64,000 nt of DNA from Planctomycetota bacterium (GTDB taxonomy: Bacteria > Planctomycetota > J058): the NCBI GenBank assembly GCA_050186825.1, contig JBFWYD010000031.1, positions 43,999 to 107,998 on the forward strand, given 5' to 3'. Below, one piece after another: positions 48,307 to 56,964 of this stretch. The notes beneath the pieces were generated by a model. The model was given only the letters and a program-made list of their open reading frames with translations, searched no databases and had not been told where the DNA came from. The number at the start of each line of letters is the position of its first letter. Position 1 is the first letter of the stretch. Both the position numbers and the translations under genes were made by a program.

Positions 48307-49584
48307 CTGGTTGACGAACTCTGCGTTCGTCATCCAGCGGCCGCCGCCGAACACGCGGATCTGGTTGACCGACTGGCGCAGGGCCTCCTCGTCGCGGCGC
48401 GCCTTGAGCTGGCCCTTCTCGATGTCCTCGAGCGCGCGCTGGGCCAGACCCCACAGGTCCTCCCAGGAGCCCTTGGCGAAGGGGATCACGCGCAGGCTGA
48501 TCGTGACGTCGCCGCTCTCGAGCAGCTCCTCGGCCTCGAAGCGGGTGCTGATCACCTCCTTGCTCAGGCGCACGGCCCACATGCACAGCTCGCCGGGCTG
48601 GAGGAGGGGCAGGATCACGCCGAAGCCCTCGTGGCCGATCCGGCCCGGGAAGCCGGCCTCGTAGGTGGTGCCCACGTTCAGGGTGTGCTCGCGGCAGCGG
48701 CGCCACACGGCCGCGCCCACGCCGGCGAGCACGTCCGAGACCTTGTGGCTGACCATGGCCGGGTCGACGCGGGCCGAGGACTCCAGCGTCTGCTTGTAGA
48801 GCTTGAGGGTGTCGACCATCCCGACCACGAAGCCGCCGAACAGCTTGCCCTGGGTCAGCTGGAACAGGCTGATCTGGCGGCGCAGCTCCTCCTGCAGGAA
48901 GGGCTCGGTGAACAGCCCGGTGACCGGGTCGCGGAGCTGGCAGCGCGGCGCGATCAGCGCGTTGGCCAGCAGGCTGCGCATGCTCTTCTCGACGTCCGCC
49001 AGCTCGCGCCGGATCGGGGTCTTGAACAGGGCCAGCACGCCGACCCGCGTCTTCTCGGTCACGCGCCCGGCCCGCTTCTCGAAGCGGAGCGGGATCGCGA
49101 GCACCGAGAGGTCGCCCGAGCCGAGGTCGTCCTCGGGCTTGGGGTCCTTGAGCAGCACGATCTTCTTCTCGATGTCGCAGCCGTAGAAGGCGTCCTCCTC
49201 GAAGGCCAGCGCGATCGCCTTGAGCGCGGCCTGCTGGGCGACCTCCTCGGAGTAGGGCACGGGCTTGCCCGGCTCGAGGTCGGGGAGCTGCTTGGCGTCG
49301 TTCTGGCACACCTGGTTGCCCTCGCCGAAGCCGCTCTTGACCGTGAGCACCCAGTCGCCGTCGTCGGGCAGGGCGCGCACCGCGGGGTCGTAGACGAAGA
49401 GCGACACGTCGTCGCAGTTGAGCGCGGCCTTGAGCCGGCCCCGCACCGCGCGCCCGGTCTCCTCGGCGTCGCCGCCCTCGAAGACCCCTGCCAGCCCTTC
49501 GAACAGCCGGGTGAGGAAGTCCTCGCCCTCGTCCGTGATGCCCTTCTTGAAGAAGAACCGGGTCCAGCCGCTCTCCTCGGCCAT
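48301..49584 (-). CDS. GAF-like + degenerate GGDEF domain protein (signature is RIGHEGF instead of GG[D/E]EF)
   Basis: GGDEF fold RDPVTGLFTEPFLQEELRRQ...FGGFVVGMVDTLK...EAGFPGRIGHEGFGVILP. The altered active-site motif suggests an inactive cyclase or a receptor. Confidence 0.8.
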   Translation of the reverse strand: MAEESGWTRFFFKKGITDEGEDFLTRLFEGLAGVFEGGDAEETGRAVRGRLKAALNCDDVSLFVYDPAVRALPDDGDWVLTVKSGFGEGNQVCQNDAKQLPDLEPGKPVPYSEEVAQQAALKAIALAFEEDAFYGCDIEKKIVLLKDPKPEDDLGSGDLSVLAIPLRFEKRAGRVTEKTRVGVLALFKTPIRRELADVEKSMRSLLANALIAPRCQLRDPVTGLFTEPFLQEELRRQISLFQLTQGKLFGGFVVGMVDTLKLYKQTLESSARVDPAMVSHKVSDVLAGVGAAVWRRCREHTLNVGTTYEAGFPGRIGHEGFGVILPLLQPGELCMWAVRLSKEVISTRFEAEELLESGDVTISLRVIPFAKGSWEDLWGLAQRALEDIEKGQLKARRDEEALRQSVNQIRVFGGGRWMTNAEFVNQL

Positions 49585-49651
49585 GGCCTCTCTCCTTGCT
49601 GGCGAGCCAGGCCCGGAGTGTATGCCGGGGGCGAGGCCAGGTGTGAGGCGC

Positions 49652-51559
49652 TCAGCCGCCCGGCTTGTGGGACTCCGTGGGCTTCGCGCCCTCGCTGGCC
49701 TTGCCGACTCCCGGCAGCGGCAGGTGGTAGCCGGCCACGGGGTCCGTGAAGGTCGGCTTGCTCAGCTCGAGGTACTTGAGCACCAGGAAGGTCCCGACCG
49801 CCACGTCGATCAGCAGGAACACGAAGAGCACCAGGGCCCCGGCGCCCAGCACGCGCGCGGAGCCGCCCTGCGCCGGGCCGGCGTCGTCCTCGCGCAGGCC
49901 CTTCAGCAGGGCGGGCACCTGCTCGCCCTTGCGCACCCGGCGCAGGTCCTGGACCAGGTCGTTGACGTTCTTGTAGCGGTCCTGCGGGGTGTAGCCGCCC
50001 AGGTTCCTGATCACCTGGGCCAGGCCAGCCGAGACCGGGGGCGCGCCCTCGGGGCGGGCCAGCGGCGGAAGCTCCAGGTTGAGCTGATCGAGCAGCGACT
50101 GGACCGGGTCCTCGGCGAGGAAGGGCGGATGCCCGCTCAGCATGGTCCAGGCCACGCAGCCCAGCGCGTAGAGCTCGGCGCTCGGCTCGACCTTGCCGGC
50201 GTCCACGGTCTCGGGCGCGAGGAAGCCCGGCGTTCCGATCACCTCGCCGCCGGCCGAGAGGAAGGCCAGCTCGGGGCGGGCGCGGGCCAGGCCCGCGTCG
50301 TCGAGCACCCAGCTGCCCGGCCGCTCGCGGCGGACCTTGAGGTAGCTCACGTCGCCGTGCACGAAGGAGCGCGCGTGCAGCGTGGCCAGGGCGGGCGCGA
50401 GCTGCTCGAGCACCAGCAGCACGTCCTCCTCGCCGAAGGCCACGCCCTGGGCCAGGAGCTCGGCGACCGTGCCCCCGAGCGGAGGCTCGTGCGCGGCGTA
50501 GAAGCAGTCCTTGGTCCGCCCGGCCCCCAGGCAGATCGAGAGCGAAGGGTGGTCCACGCGGCAGGCGCGCTCGCCGCGCCCGGCCAGCCGCTGCATCTCG
50601 TCGGAGTAGCCGCCGATCAGCGGGAAGATGCGGAGGACGACCGGCTCGCGGCTGGCCTCGTCGCGCGCCAGGTAGTGGCGGACCCCGCGCTCGAGCTTGA
50701 TGAAGCCCTCGACCTTGAAGGTGCCGACCTCCTTGCCCAGGTAGGGGTCGCCCTCGGGGGCGGGCGCCAGGCGCTGCTCGAGGCGCGCGAGGGCCTCGGC
50801 GTCCTCCTCGGCGCTCCGCTCGCGCCGCTGCCACTCGTCCCCCTGGCCGGGGAGCGCGCGGTGGCTCGAGCTGGAGAGGGCGCGCATCCGCCCGCTGGAG
50901 CGCGCGGAGACCTTGGCCTGCTCGCGGGCCCGCTCCTCGCGGTCGAGCTCGGGGTCGTCGGCGAACTCCACGTCCCCCGCGGCCGGCAGGTCCGCGCCCC
51001 CGGCGCCGACGGGGCCGCCGCCCGGCGCCGCGGGGACCTCGCGGTCGTCGGAGAAGGCGAGGTCCTCGTCCTCGAGGGCCGCCATGTGGTCGTGCTCGAT
51101 GCGACCCGTGGTGGGGGCGGCCCGCTCGTCCGAGAACACCAGGTCGTCGTCGACCCCGTCCAGGCCAGCGCCGGGCGGGGGGGCCTCGTTCGCGGGGGGC
51201 GCGGCCGCGCCCCCCCCCGAGGCCTCCGTCGCGAGCTCCTCCTCGGCAGGAGCGGCGGGCCGCGGGTGGTGCCCGCTGCTGGTCGCACGCGGCGGCGGGG
51301 CCGGCCGGGGCGGGCGCGGATGCTTTCCGCTGGGTCCGTGGGGCCCAGGGCCGCTGGGCACGCGGCCCGAAGGGGGACGCCCGCCGGGCGGCGGCGGCGG
51401 ACGGCGACGACCGCCGGCCGAGGGGGGCGGGCCGCTCGGCGCGCCAGGGCGCGGGCCGGGCGGCCCGCTCGGGCGGCGGCGCGGTCCAGCTCCGCCGGGC
51501 CCGCCGGGAGCGTGGCCGCCGGGCGACTGGCCGTCGGCAGGGGGGCCGCCGGCGCTCAC
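49652..51559 (-). CDS. Protein-kinase-like domain protein (atypical: HGD and DAG in place of HRD and DFG, VAIK Lys absent) with Pro/Gly-rich disordered N-terminus; start uncertain
   Basis: The C-terminal 360 aa is kinase-like (FVHGDVSYLKV, VLDDAGLA, GTPGFLAPE), followed by a TM helix. A candidate GTG at 51557-51559 overlaps the upstream gene's stop (GTGA). The alternative ATG is at 51085. Upstream of 51559 the ORF-track frame is an Arg-rich artefact overlapping the PEGA gene. Confidence 0.55.
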   Translation of the reverse strand: MSAGGPPADGQSPGGHAPGGPGGAGPRRRPSGPPGPRPGAPSGPPPSAGGRRRPPPPPGGRPPSGRVPSGPGPHGPSGKHPRPPRPAPPPRATSSGHHPRPAAPAEEELATEASGGGAAAPPANEAPPPGAGLDGVDDDLVFSDERAAPTTGRIEHDHMAALEDEDLAFSDDREVPAAPGGGPVGAGGADLPAAGDVEFADDPELDREERAREQAKVSARSSGRMRALSSSSHRALPGQGDEWQRRERSAEEDAEALARLEQRLAPAPEGDPYLGKEVGTFKVEGFIKLERGVRHYLARDEASREPVVLRIFPLIGGYSDEMQRLAGRGERACRVDHPSLSICLGAGRTKDCFYAAHEPPLGGTVAELLAQGVAFGEEDVLLVLEQLAPALATLHARSFVHGDVSYLKVRRERPGSWVLDDAGLARARPELAFLSAGGEVIGTPGFLAPETVDAGKVEPSAELYALGCVAWTMLSGHPPFLAEDPVQSLLDQLNLELPPLARPEGAPPVSAGLAQVIRNLGGYTPQDRYKNVNDLVQDLRRVRKGEQVPALLKGLREDDAGPAQGGSARVLGAGALVLFVFLLIDVAVGTFLVLKYLELSKPTFTDPVAGYHLPLPGVGKASEGAKPTESHKPGG

Positions 51560-54252
51560 CGGTCCTCCCGCCGTCCGAGCTCGCGGATCCGCCGCTCGAT
51601 CCCCTCCTCGACCACGCTGCGCAGGTGCTCGAGGTCGGCGTGGATGGTGCGCGAGATCTCGCCGACCTTGAGCCGTCCGCCGGGGTACTGCGTGACCGGG
51701 CGCGCGTAGCGCTCGTCGAGCTCGAGGTCGAGCGGCTTCTCGGTGCCCCAGCCGTGGCTGCGCCGCACGTAGAGCGTGACCTGGAAGCCCGTCAGGTAGA
51801 CCTTGCTGCCGTCGATCTCGTTGACCGTCTGGACCAGCGCGCGGAAGCGGTTGGCCAGCTTCAGCTCGCTCAGGAAGTCGGCCTCCTGGGTGAAGTCGAG
51901 GGTCTTGCCGCTGGGCGGCGAGCCCTTGAGGATCCCCTCCTTGAGCATCACGTAGGAGGTCCAGCCGGAGCTGCTCTGGGTGGGCGAAGGGGAGGGGCGC
52001 GGGCTGGGCGAGGTCCGCGGCGAGGCGCTCGCGCTCGGGCTCGGGCTCGGCGTCTGGGTCGGGATCGGGCGCGGCGGGGTGGGGCTGGCCTTGGGTCCGC
52101 CCGAGCGCTCGAGCTTGAAGAACACCCGCGGCTCGTCGCCGAGGTCGTCGAAGGTCAGCTCGCGGACCTCCGGCTCGTGGCCCTGGAGCGAGACCTTGAG
52201 CCGGACCGTGCCGCGCAGGGGGAGGTTGAGCTGCGCCTGGCGGTACTCGATCCCGTCCACCTCGACGCTCGCGCCCGGCGGCTCGCTCACGACCTGGACG
52301 GCGAGGAGGGTCTTCTCCAGGCGCGAGGGGAGGGCCGAGTAGTCCTTGCGGATCCGGCGCGCCAGCTCGACCGCGTCGCGCCCCGAGCTCGACGCGAGCT
52401 GCGCGGCGAGCGACTCGAAGGCCTTCTGGTAGCTCGCGAGCTCGCGCCGCAGCCGCAGCAGCGGCACCGAGAGCGCCTCCGACTGCGCGCTGGTGGCGAG
52501 CTGGTCGAGGTGGTGCTGGAGCTCCTCCACGTCGGAGCACTGCCTCCAGGGCAGGCGGCTGACCACGTCGCGCGCGCGCTGCACGTCGCCGCGGATCTGC
52601 TCCAGCTTGCGGGTCGCCTCGCGGGCGGCGACGGCGGGGGCGCCCTCGCCGTCGCAGAGGGGCGTCAGCCGCCGCACGGCGTCGTCCAGCGCCGGCATCA
52701 CCTGCTTCCAGGTCGTCGTCCGGGCCAGCTCGTCGCCGATCGTGGTCGCGGTCTCGCGGTAGGCGCGCTGCTCCTCGGCCTTGGCCCGGAGCGGGAAGTA
52801 GCCGGCGCCCAGCGCGAGCCCCACCAGCACCAGCGCGGCCAGATGCATGGTGCTCACGCCGGCCGCCCGCGCCAGCCGGCGGCGGTCCTCCTCGTCCCCG
52901 AGCGCCATCAGCTCGGTGGCGACGTTGCGCGCGTCGTCGGCCCGCCCCTCGCGGCGGAGGCGGTTCACCAGCCGCTGGCCCGCCTCGCTGGCGGCCTTGT
53001 GCCGCTTGAGCTTCACCAGCGACTGCACGAAGAGCTCGAGGGTGGGGGTCTCCTCGCGGAAGCCCAGCGCGCGCTCGAGCACGCGCCGCGCGCGCCCGGG
53101 CAGGTTCAGCCCCAGGTAGCGCCGCCCCAGGTCCTCGGACGCGCGGGCCGCCTCGTCGCCGCGGTTGGTCGCCCACAGGCCCTGCACCAGGCCTTCGCGC
53201 GCCTCGAGGTCGTCCTCCGAGTGGCGGAGCGCGTCCGAGAAGGTGCGCACGGCCTCGTCGGCCCGCCCCTGCTCCATCAGCACCCCTCCCGCGCGGGCCA
53301 TGTGGCGCGCGGCGCGCGCCTGGTCGCCCTGGGCCGCCGAGTTCTTGGCCAGGCGCAGCCGGCGCAGGAGTTGGTTCAGCGCCTGGTCGATCGCCTCCTC
53401 CATCTGGCGGATCCGCTCCAGCTCCGCCTTCTTGTCGCGCGGCTTGCGCGTGATCTCGAGCAGCCCCTTGAGCGAGAGCTCGTGCAGGCGGCTCGCGACC
53501 TCGAGCTCACCCACCCGCAGCTGCTGGGCGAGCTCGCGCGCGCCCTGCCCCGGCTGCTCGGCCACCGTCCTGAGGAAGCGCAGCCGGGCGCGCCCGGCCG
53601 CGCCCTCGCCGAGCGGCTGGCCGTCCTCAGCCGCGGCGCGCCCCTTCTGGGTGGGCTCCACGATCACGTCCATGGACGAGACCGTGCGCCGGACCTCGGC
53701 CACGCCGCGCACCCGCTGCTTGATCGAGGTGATCAGCGCCGGGACCCCGATCGAGAGGGTCAGCGCCGAGAGGTCGCGCCGCTGCATGACCTCGATGTCG
53801 GGCTCGCCCGTGGCGACCTCGTACTGGGGCTCCTCCCAGAACAGGCAGTCGAGGATCACGTCCTCGAGCAGCTCGCGCACGACCTCGTCCACCTCGGGGG
53901 GCTTGAGCCCCAGGTCCTGCACGAGCACGTCGCGCTCTTCGCGCTGCTGGCCGGGCTGGGCGCGGGCCACGATCTGCGCCACGCGCCGCGCGTCCTCCTC
54001 GGTCAGGAGCCCGCCCTGGACCAGGCGCCGGCGCAGGGAGGGCAGCTCGCGCCCGGCGCTGATCACGCGCAGGCCGCCGCGCGTGAAGAAGCAGCACAGG
54101 TCGAGCATCCCGTCGCTGATCGTCAGCGAGCCGTAGAGCTTCTCCTCCTCGAGCAGCTCCAGGGCCTGCGTCGCCCCCGCCACGTCGAAGTCGCCGCTCA
54201 TGGTGCGACGCTTGATCGCGCGTGCGCCGCCAGTGAGTTCGGGGGAGGCCAT
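51556..54252 (-). CDS. DUF4388 + TPR-repeat + PEGA-domain protein
   Basis: N-terminal DUF4388-like SGDFDVAGATQALELLEEEKLYGSLTISDGMLDLCCFFTRGGLRVI. TPR-like helical repeats, a TM helix (MHLAALVLVGLALGAGYF) and a PEGA domain (PPGASVEVDGIEYRQAQLNLPLRGTVRLKVSLQGHEPEV). A Pro/Ser-rich linker is also present. Confidence 0.8.
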   Translation of the reverse strand: MASPELTGGARAIKRRTMSGDFDVAGATQALELLEEEKLYGSLTISDGMLDLCCFFTRGGLRVISAGRELPSLRRRLVQGGLLTEEDARRVAQIVARAQPGQQREERDVLVQDLGLKPPEVDEVVRELLEDVILDCLFWEEPQYEVATGEPDIEVMQRRDLSALTLSIGVPALITSIKQRVRGVAEVRRTVSSMDVIVEPTQKGRAAAEDGQPLGEGAAGRARLRFLRTVAEQPGQGARELAQQLRVGELEVASRLHELSLKGLLEITRKPRDKKAELERIRQMEEAIDQALNQLLRRLRLAKNSAAQGDQARAARHMARAGGVLMEQGRADEAVRTFSDALRHSEDDLEAREGLVQGLWATNRGDEAARASEDLGRRYLGLNLPGRARRVLERALGFREETPTLELFVQSLVKLKRHKAASEAGQRLVNRLRREGRADDARNVATELMALGDEEDRRRLARAAGVSTMHLAALVLVGLALGAGYFPLRAKAEEQRAYRETATTIGDELARTTTWKQVMPALDDAVRRLTPLCDGEGAPAVAAREATRKLEQIRGDVQRARDVVSRLPWRQCSDVEELQHHLDQLATSAQSEALSVPLLRLRRELASYQKAFESLAAQLASSSGRDAVELARRIRKDYSALPSRLEKTLLAVQVVSEPPGASVEVDGIEYRQAQLNLPLRGTVRLKVSLQGHEPEVRELTFDDLGDEPRVFFKLERSGGPKASPTPPRPIPTQTPSPSPSASASPRTSPSPRPSPSPTQSSSGWTSYVMLKEGILKGSPPSGKTLDFTQEADFLSELKLANRFRALVQTVNEIDGSKVYLTGFQVTLYVRRSHGWGTEKPLDLELDERYARPVTQYPGGRLKVGEISRTIHADLEHLRSVVEEGIERRIRELGRREDR

Positions 54253-54389
54253 CGAGCACGAGGGTAGTCTTCGCGGCGGTGGCGAACAAGCACGCGTGGG
54301 GCGGAGTCTCGGCCGGCTGGCCGGGCCCGCACCCCCCTGCTAAGCTCCCTCCGAGCCGCGCAGCACCCCGTTCGGGATCAAGGACTTCG

Positions 54390-55511
54390 GTGGAGCCACC
54401 CACCCTCGTGATCGTCCAGGAGAAGGGCGCGCCCGTGCGCGTCCCGATCGCGGCCACCCTGATCCTGGGGCGCGACCCGCAGAACCCCGTCGCCCTCGAC
54501 GACGGCTACCTCTCGCGCCGCCACTGCGCGATCGCCTTCCGGGACAACCGGGTGATCGTGCGGGACCTCGAGTCCTACAACGGCACCTACGTGAACGGGC
54601 AGCGCATCCACGAGGAGTGCTACCTGCTGCCGGGCGACGTGCTCAAGGTCGGCCGCACGCGCCTGTTCGTCGACTTCGGCGACGTCGAGGCCCAGAGCGG
54701 GCTCAAGATCTACTCGCCCGACCTCCAGGACCGCAAGGGCGTGCAGCCGGTGACCACGGTCAAGCCGCCCGAGCTGCTCACCGCCTACCAGGCGGCCGTC
54801 GCGGCGGCGAGCGCGACCGGACCTGCCACCAACCCGCTCCAGCAGAACCCGATGACGGGCGAGTCGAGCTACGGGCCGGCCACGCGCACCCAGCGCCGGA
54901 TCTCGCCCGACGACAAGACCCCGATCCCGCCCGCCGCGGTGGAGGAGAGCGCCATCGCGCGCGGCGCCTCGCGGGGCGAGAAGGAGCGCGCGAGCATGCG
55001 CGTGATCGCGCAGATCACCCGCGTGCTCACGAACATCACCGACCTGCAGGAGTTCTTCGACTACCTGCTGGCGCGGGTCCTCTCGGTGATCCCCGCCGAG
55101 CGCGGCTGCATCATGCGCCTCAGCCCGGACGGCCGCAGCCTCTACCCCGAGTGCGCGCGCAGCGCCCTGCCCAAGCGCAGCCACGCCGAGGCGCTGCGGC
55201 TGGGGATCAGCCACACCATGGCCCGCAAGGTGATCTCGGAGCGGGTCTCGGTGCTGGTCAACGACGCCGTGATCGACCAGCGCTTCAAGCACGCCAGCTC
55301 GATCCAGGACCTCCAGGTGCGCTCGATCATCTGCGCGCCGCTGTGGCTCGGCGAGCAGATCTCGGGGCTGATCTACCTCGACCACATGATGCACGCCTAC
55401 GCCTTCACCGAGGCCGACCGCGACCTGCTGATGGCCGCGGCCAACATCGCCGCCCTCGGGCTGGAGCGCGCCGCGGCCCTGCCCTCGAAGGGCTCGCGCA
55501 GCCGCCAGTAA
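54390..55511 (+). CDS. FHA + GAF domain protein
   Basis: FHA motifs LILGRDPQNPVALDDGYLSRRHCAIAFRDNRVIVRDLESYNGTYVNG. C-terminal GAF LQEFFDYLLARVLSVIPAERGCIMRL...ICAPLWLGEQISGLIYLD. GTG start in frame with ORF 54279. Antisense ORF 54378-57239 is rejected. Confidence 0.8.
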   Translation: MEPPTLVIVQEKGAPVRVPIAATLILGRDPQNPVALDDGYLSRRHCAIAFRDNRVIVRDLESYNGTYVNGQRIHEECYLLPGDVLKVGRTRLFVDFGDVEAQSGLKIYSPDLQDRKGVQPVTTVKPPELLTAYQAAVAAASATGPATNPLQQNPMTGESSYGPATRTQRRISPDDKTPIPPAAVEESAIARGASRGEKERASMRVIAQITRVLTNITDLQEFFDYLLARVLSVIPAERGCIMRLSPDGRSLYPECARSALPKRSHAEALRLGISHTMARKVISERVSVLVNDAVIDQRFKHASSIQDLQVRSIICAPLWLGEQISGLIYLDHMMHAYAFTEADRDLLMAAANIAALGLERAAALPSKGSRSRQ

Positions 55512-55739
55512 CCAGCAGCCAGTAGTCGCCGCGGGCCGATCCGGTTCGCGAAGGGCGCAGGCGCGGTTCGTCCCTCCTTTCAGTCCCCTTTCAGCGCGGC
55601 CCGCGCCGGCGGCCCCGCCGCGCCCGCGCGCCCGCGCAAGACCACGCCGCGCGACGAGTTGCTCGCGGCGCGCCGCGCTCGCGCGCGCCCCGGCACGTCC
55701 CCTGCAAGGAGGCCAGGCGGAAGGAAGGAAGGAACCCCA

Positions 55740-56843
55740 ATGATCCGCCCCAGCCTCGTCGCCCCGCTCGTGGCGCTCGCCACCTGCGCCCTCGCTGCGC
55801 CCGCCTCCGCGCAGGGGATCTACCGCGTCACCGCCACGACCCTCAACGTGCGGAGCGGCCCCTCGACCCGCTACGCCGTCGTCGGCCAGGTGACCCGCGA
55901 TCAAGCCGTCTACGTGTATCGCTTCACCAGCGGCTGGGCCGAGCTCTCCTACCGCGGCCAGCGGCGCTTCGCGTCGGCCAGCTACCTGCGCCGCAACACG
56001 CCCGCGCCCGCGCGCCCCGCCCCGGCGCCCGCGCGCCCCGCCCCGGCGCCCGCGCGCCCCGCCCCGGCGCCCGCCCCGCGCCCCGCCCCCGCGCCCGCGC
56101 CGGCCGCGGTCACGCGCACCGGCCGCGGCTCGGGCAGCCGCACGGTGGGCAGCAGCACCCTGGGCGCGGTCTGCTCGCGCGAGAGCGTCAGCCGCCACTC
56201 GCGCGCCACCAGCGAGGCCAACGACAGCAGCGCGTTCACCGGCCGGCTGCTCGGGCGGCGCCCCCGCCTGGGCGGAGCGCGCGCCCAGGTCCGCAGCCGC
56301 AACAGCGACCGTCGCATCGAGACCAAGGTGTTCCGCCTCGAGGTGCTCGGCCGCGAGTTCTCCGTCCCCAGCGCCGGGATCGAGAAGAGCTTCCCCTGGT
56401 TCGAGGACGTGACCCTCTGGCGCGGCGGCCTGGGCCCGGTCGGCGTGGCGCTCAAGGTCGGGGCGGGGATCTCGGCCGGGCTGACCCCCCGCGTCGCGCT
56501 CGAGAACGGCGGCGTGAGCGTGGGCACCGTCGCGTCGGTCTCGGTCTACGGCGAGGGCAAGGTCGAGCTCGACGCGCTCGTGGTGCGCGGGGGGATCAAG
56601 GGCACGCTCCACGTGGTCGAGGTCTCGCTGCCGAGCGGCTACACCTTCAAGCTGACCGGGATCACGTACTCGGTCGACCTGGTCGTCTCGAGCAACATCG
56701 GGCTCAGCGTCTACGTGATCGTCGGCCGCAAGGTGTTCGGGATCGGCTACGAGAAGAAGTTCGAGGTCGAGATCCCCGGGCTCCAGTTCACGCTGGCCGA
56801 GATCCGGGTCCCGATCGCCCACGGCCGCGTGGTCGGGAGCTGA
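55740..56843 (+). CDS. Secreted SH3b-domain protein with a (PAPARPA)n linker
   Basis: RBS GGAAGGAAGGAA. Signal peptide MIRPSLVAPLVALATCALAAPASAQG. SH3b domain IYRVTATTLNVRSGPSTRYAVVGQVTRDQAVYVYRFTSGWAELSY. A 21-nt tandem repeat (~55997-56100) encodes PAPARPA x4. Confidence 0.75.
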   Translation: MIRPSLVAPLVALATCALAAPASAQGIYRVTATTLNVRSGPSTRYAVVGQVTRDQAVYVYRFTSGWAELSYRGQRRFASASYLRRNTPAPARPAPAPARPAPAPARPAPAPAPRPAPAPAPAAVTRTGRGSGSRTVGSSTLGAVCSRESVSRHSRATSEANDSSAFTGRLLGRRPRLGGARAQVRSRNSDRRIETKVFRLEVLGREFSVPSAGIEKSFPWFEDVTLWRGGLGPVGVALKVGAGISAGLTPRVALENGGVSVGTVASVSVYGEGKVELDALVVRGGIKGTLHVVEVSLPSGYTFKLTGITYSVDLVVSSNIGLSVYVIVGRKVFGIGYEKKFEVEIPGLQFTLAEIRVPIAHGRVVGS

Positions 56844-56964
56844 GCGTGCCCTGCCCGCGCCCCCCGCGGCGCCCCTGAGCGCGCTGCCCGGACCTTTTCT
56901 TTTCTCCCTCGGCACGAACGCCCGACCTGCTCCCGACCTGAACCGGTCGGGAGCAGCGCTCGTT

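Noticed and set aside
49418-51709. 763-aa + ORF and the 1174-aa full-length version of 49652-53176
   Set aside because: The + ORF is antisense to the kinase-like gene. The 5' 540 codons of the minus ORF are Arg/Gly/Pro junk that would overlap the well-supported PEGA/TPR gene. The real gene most likely begins at the GTG overlapping that gene's stop.
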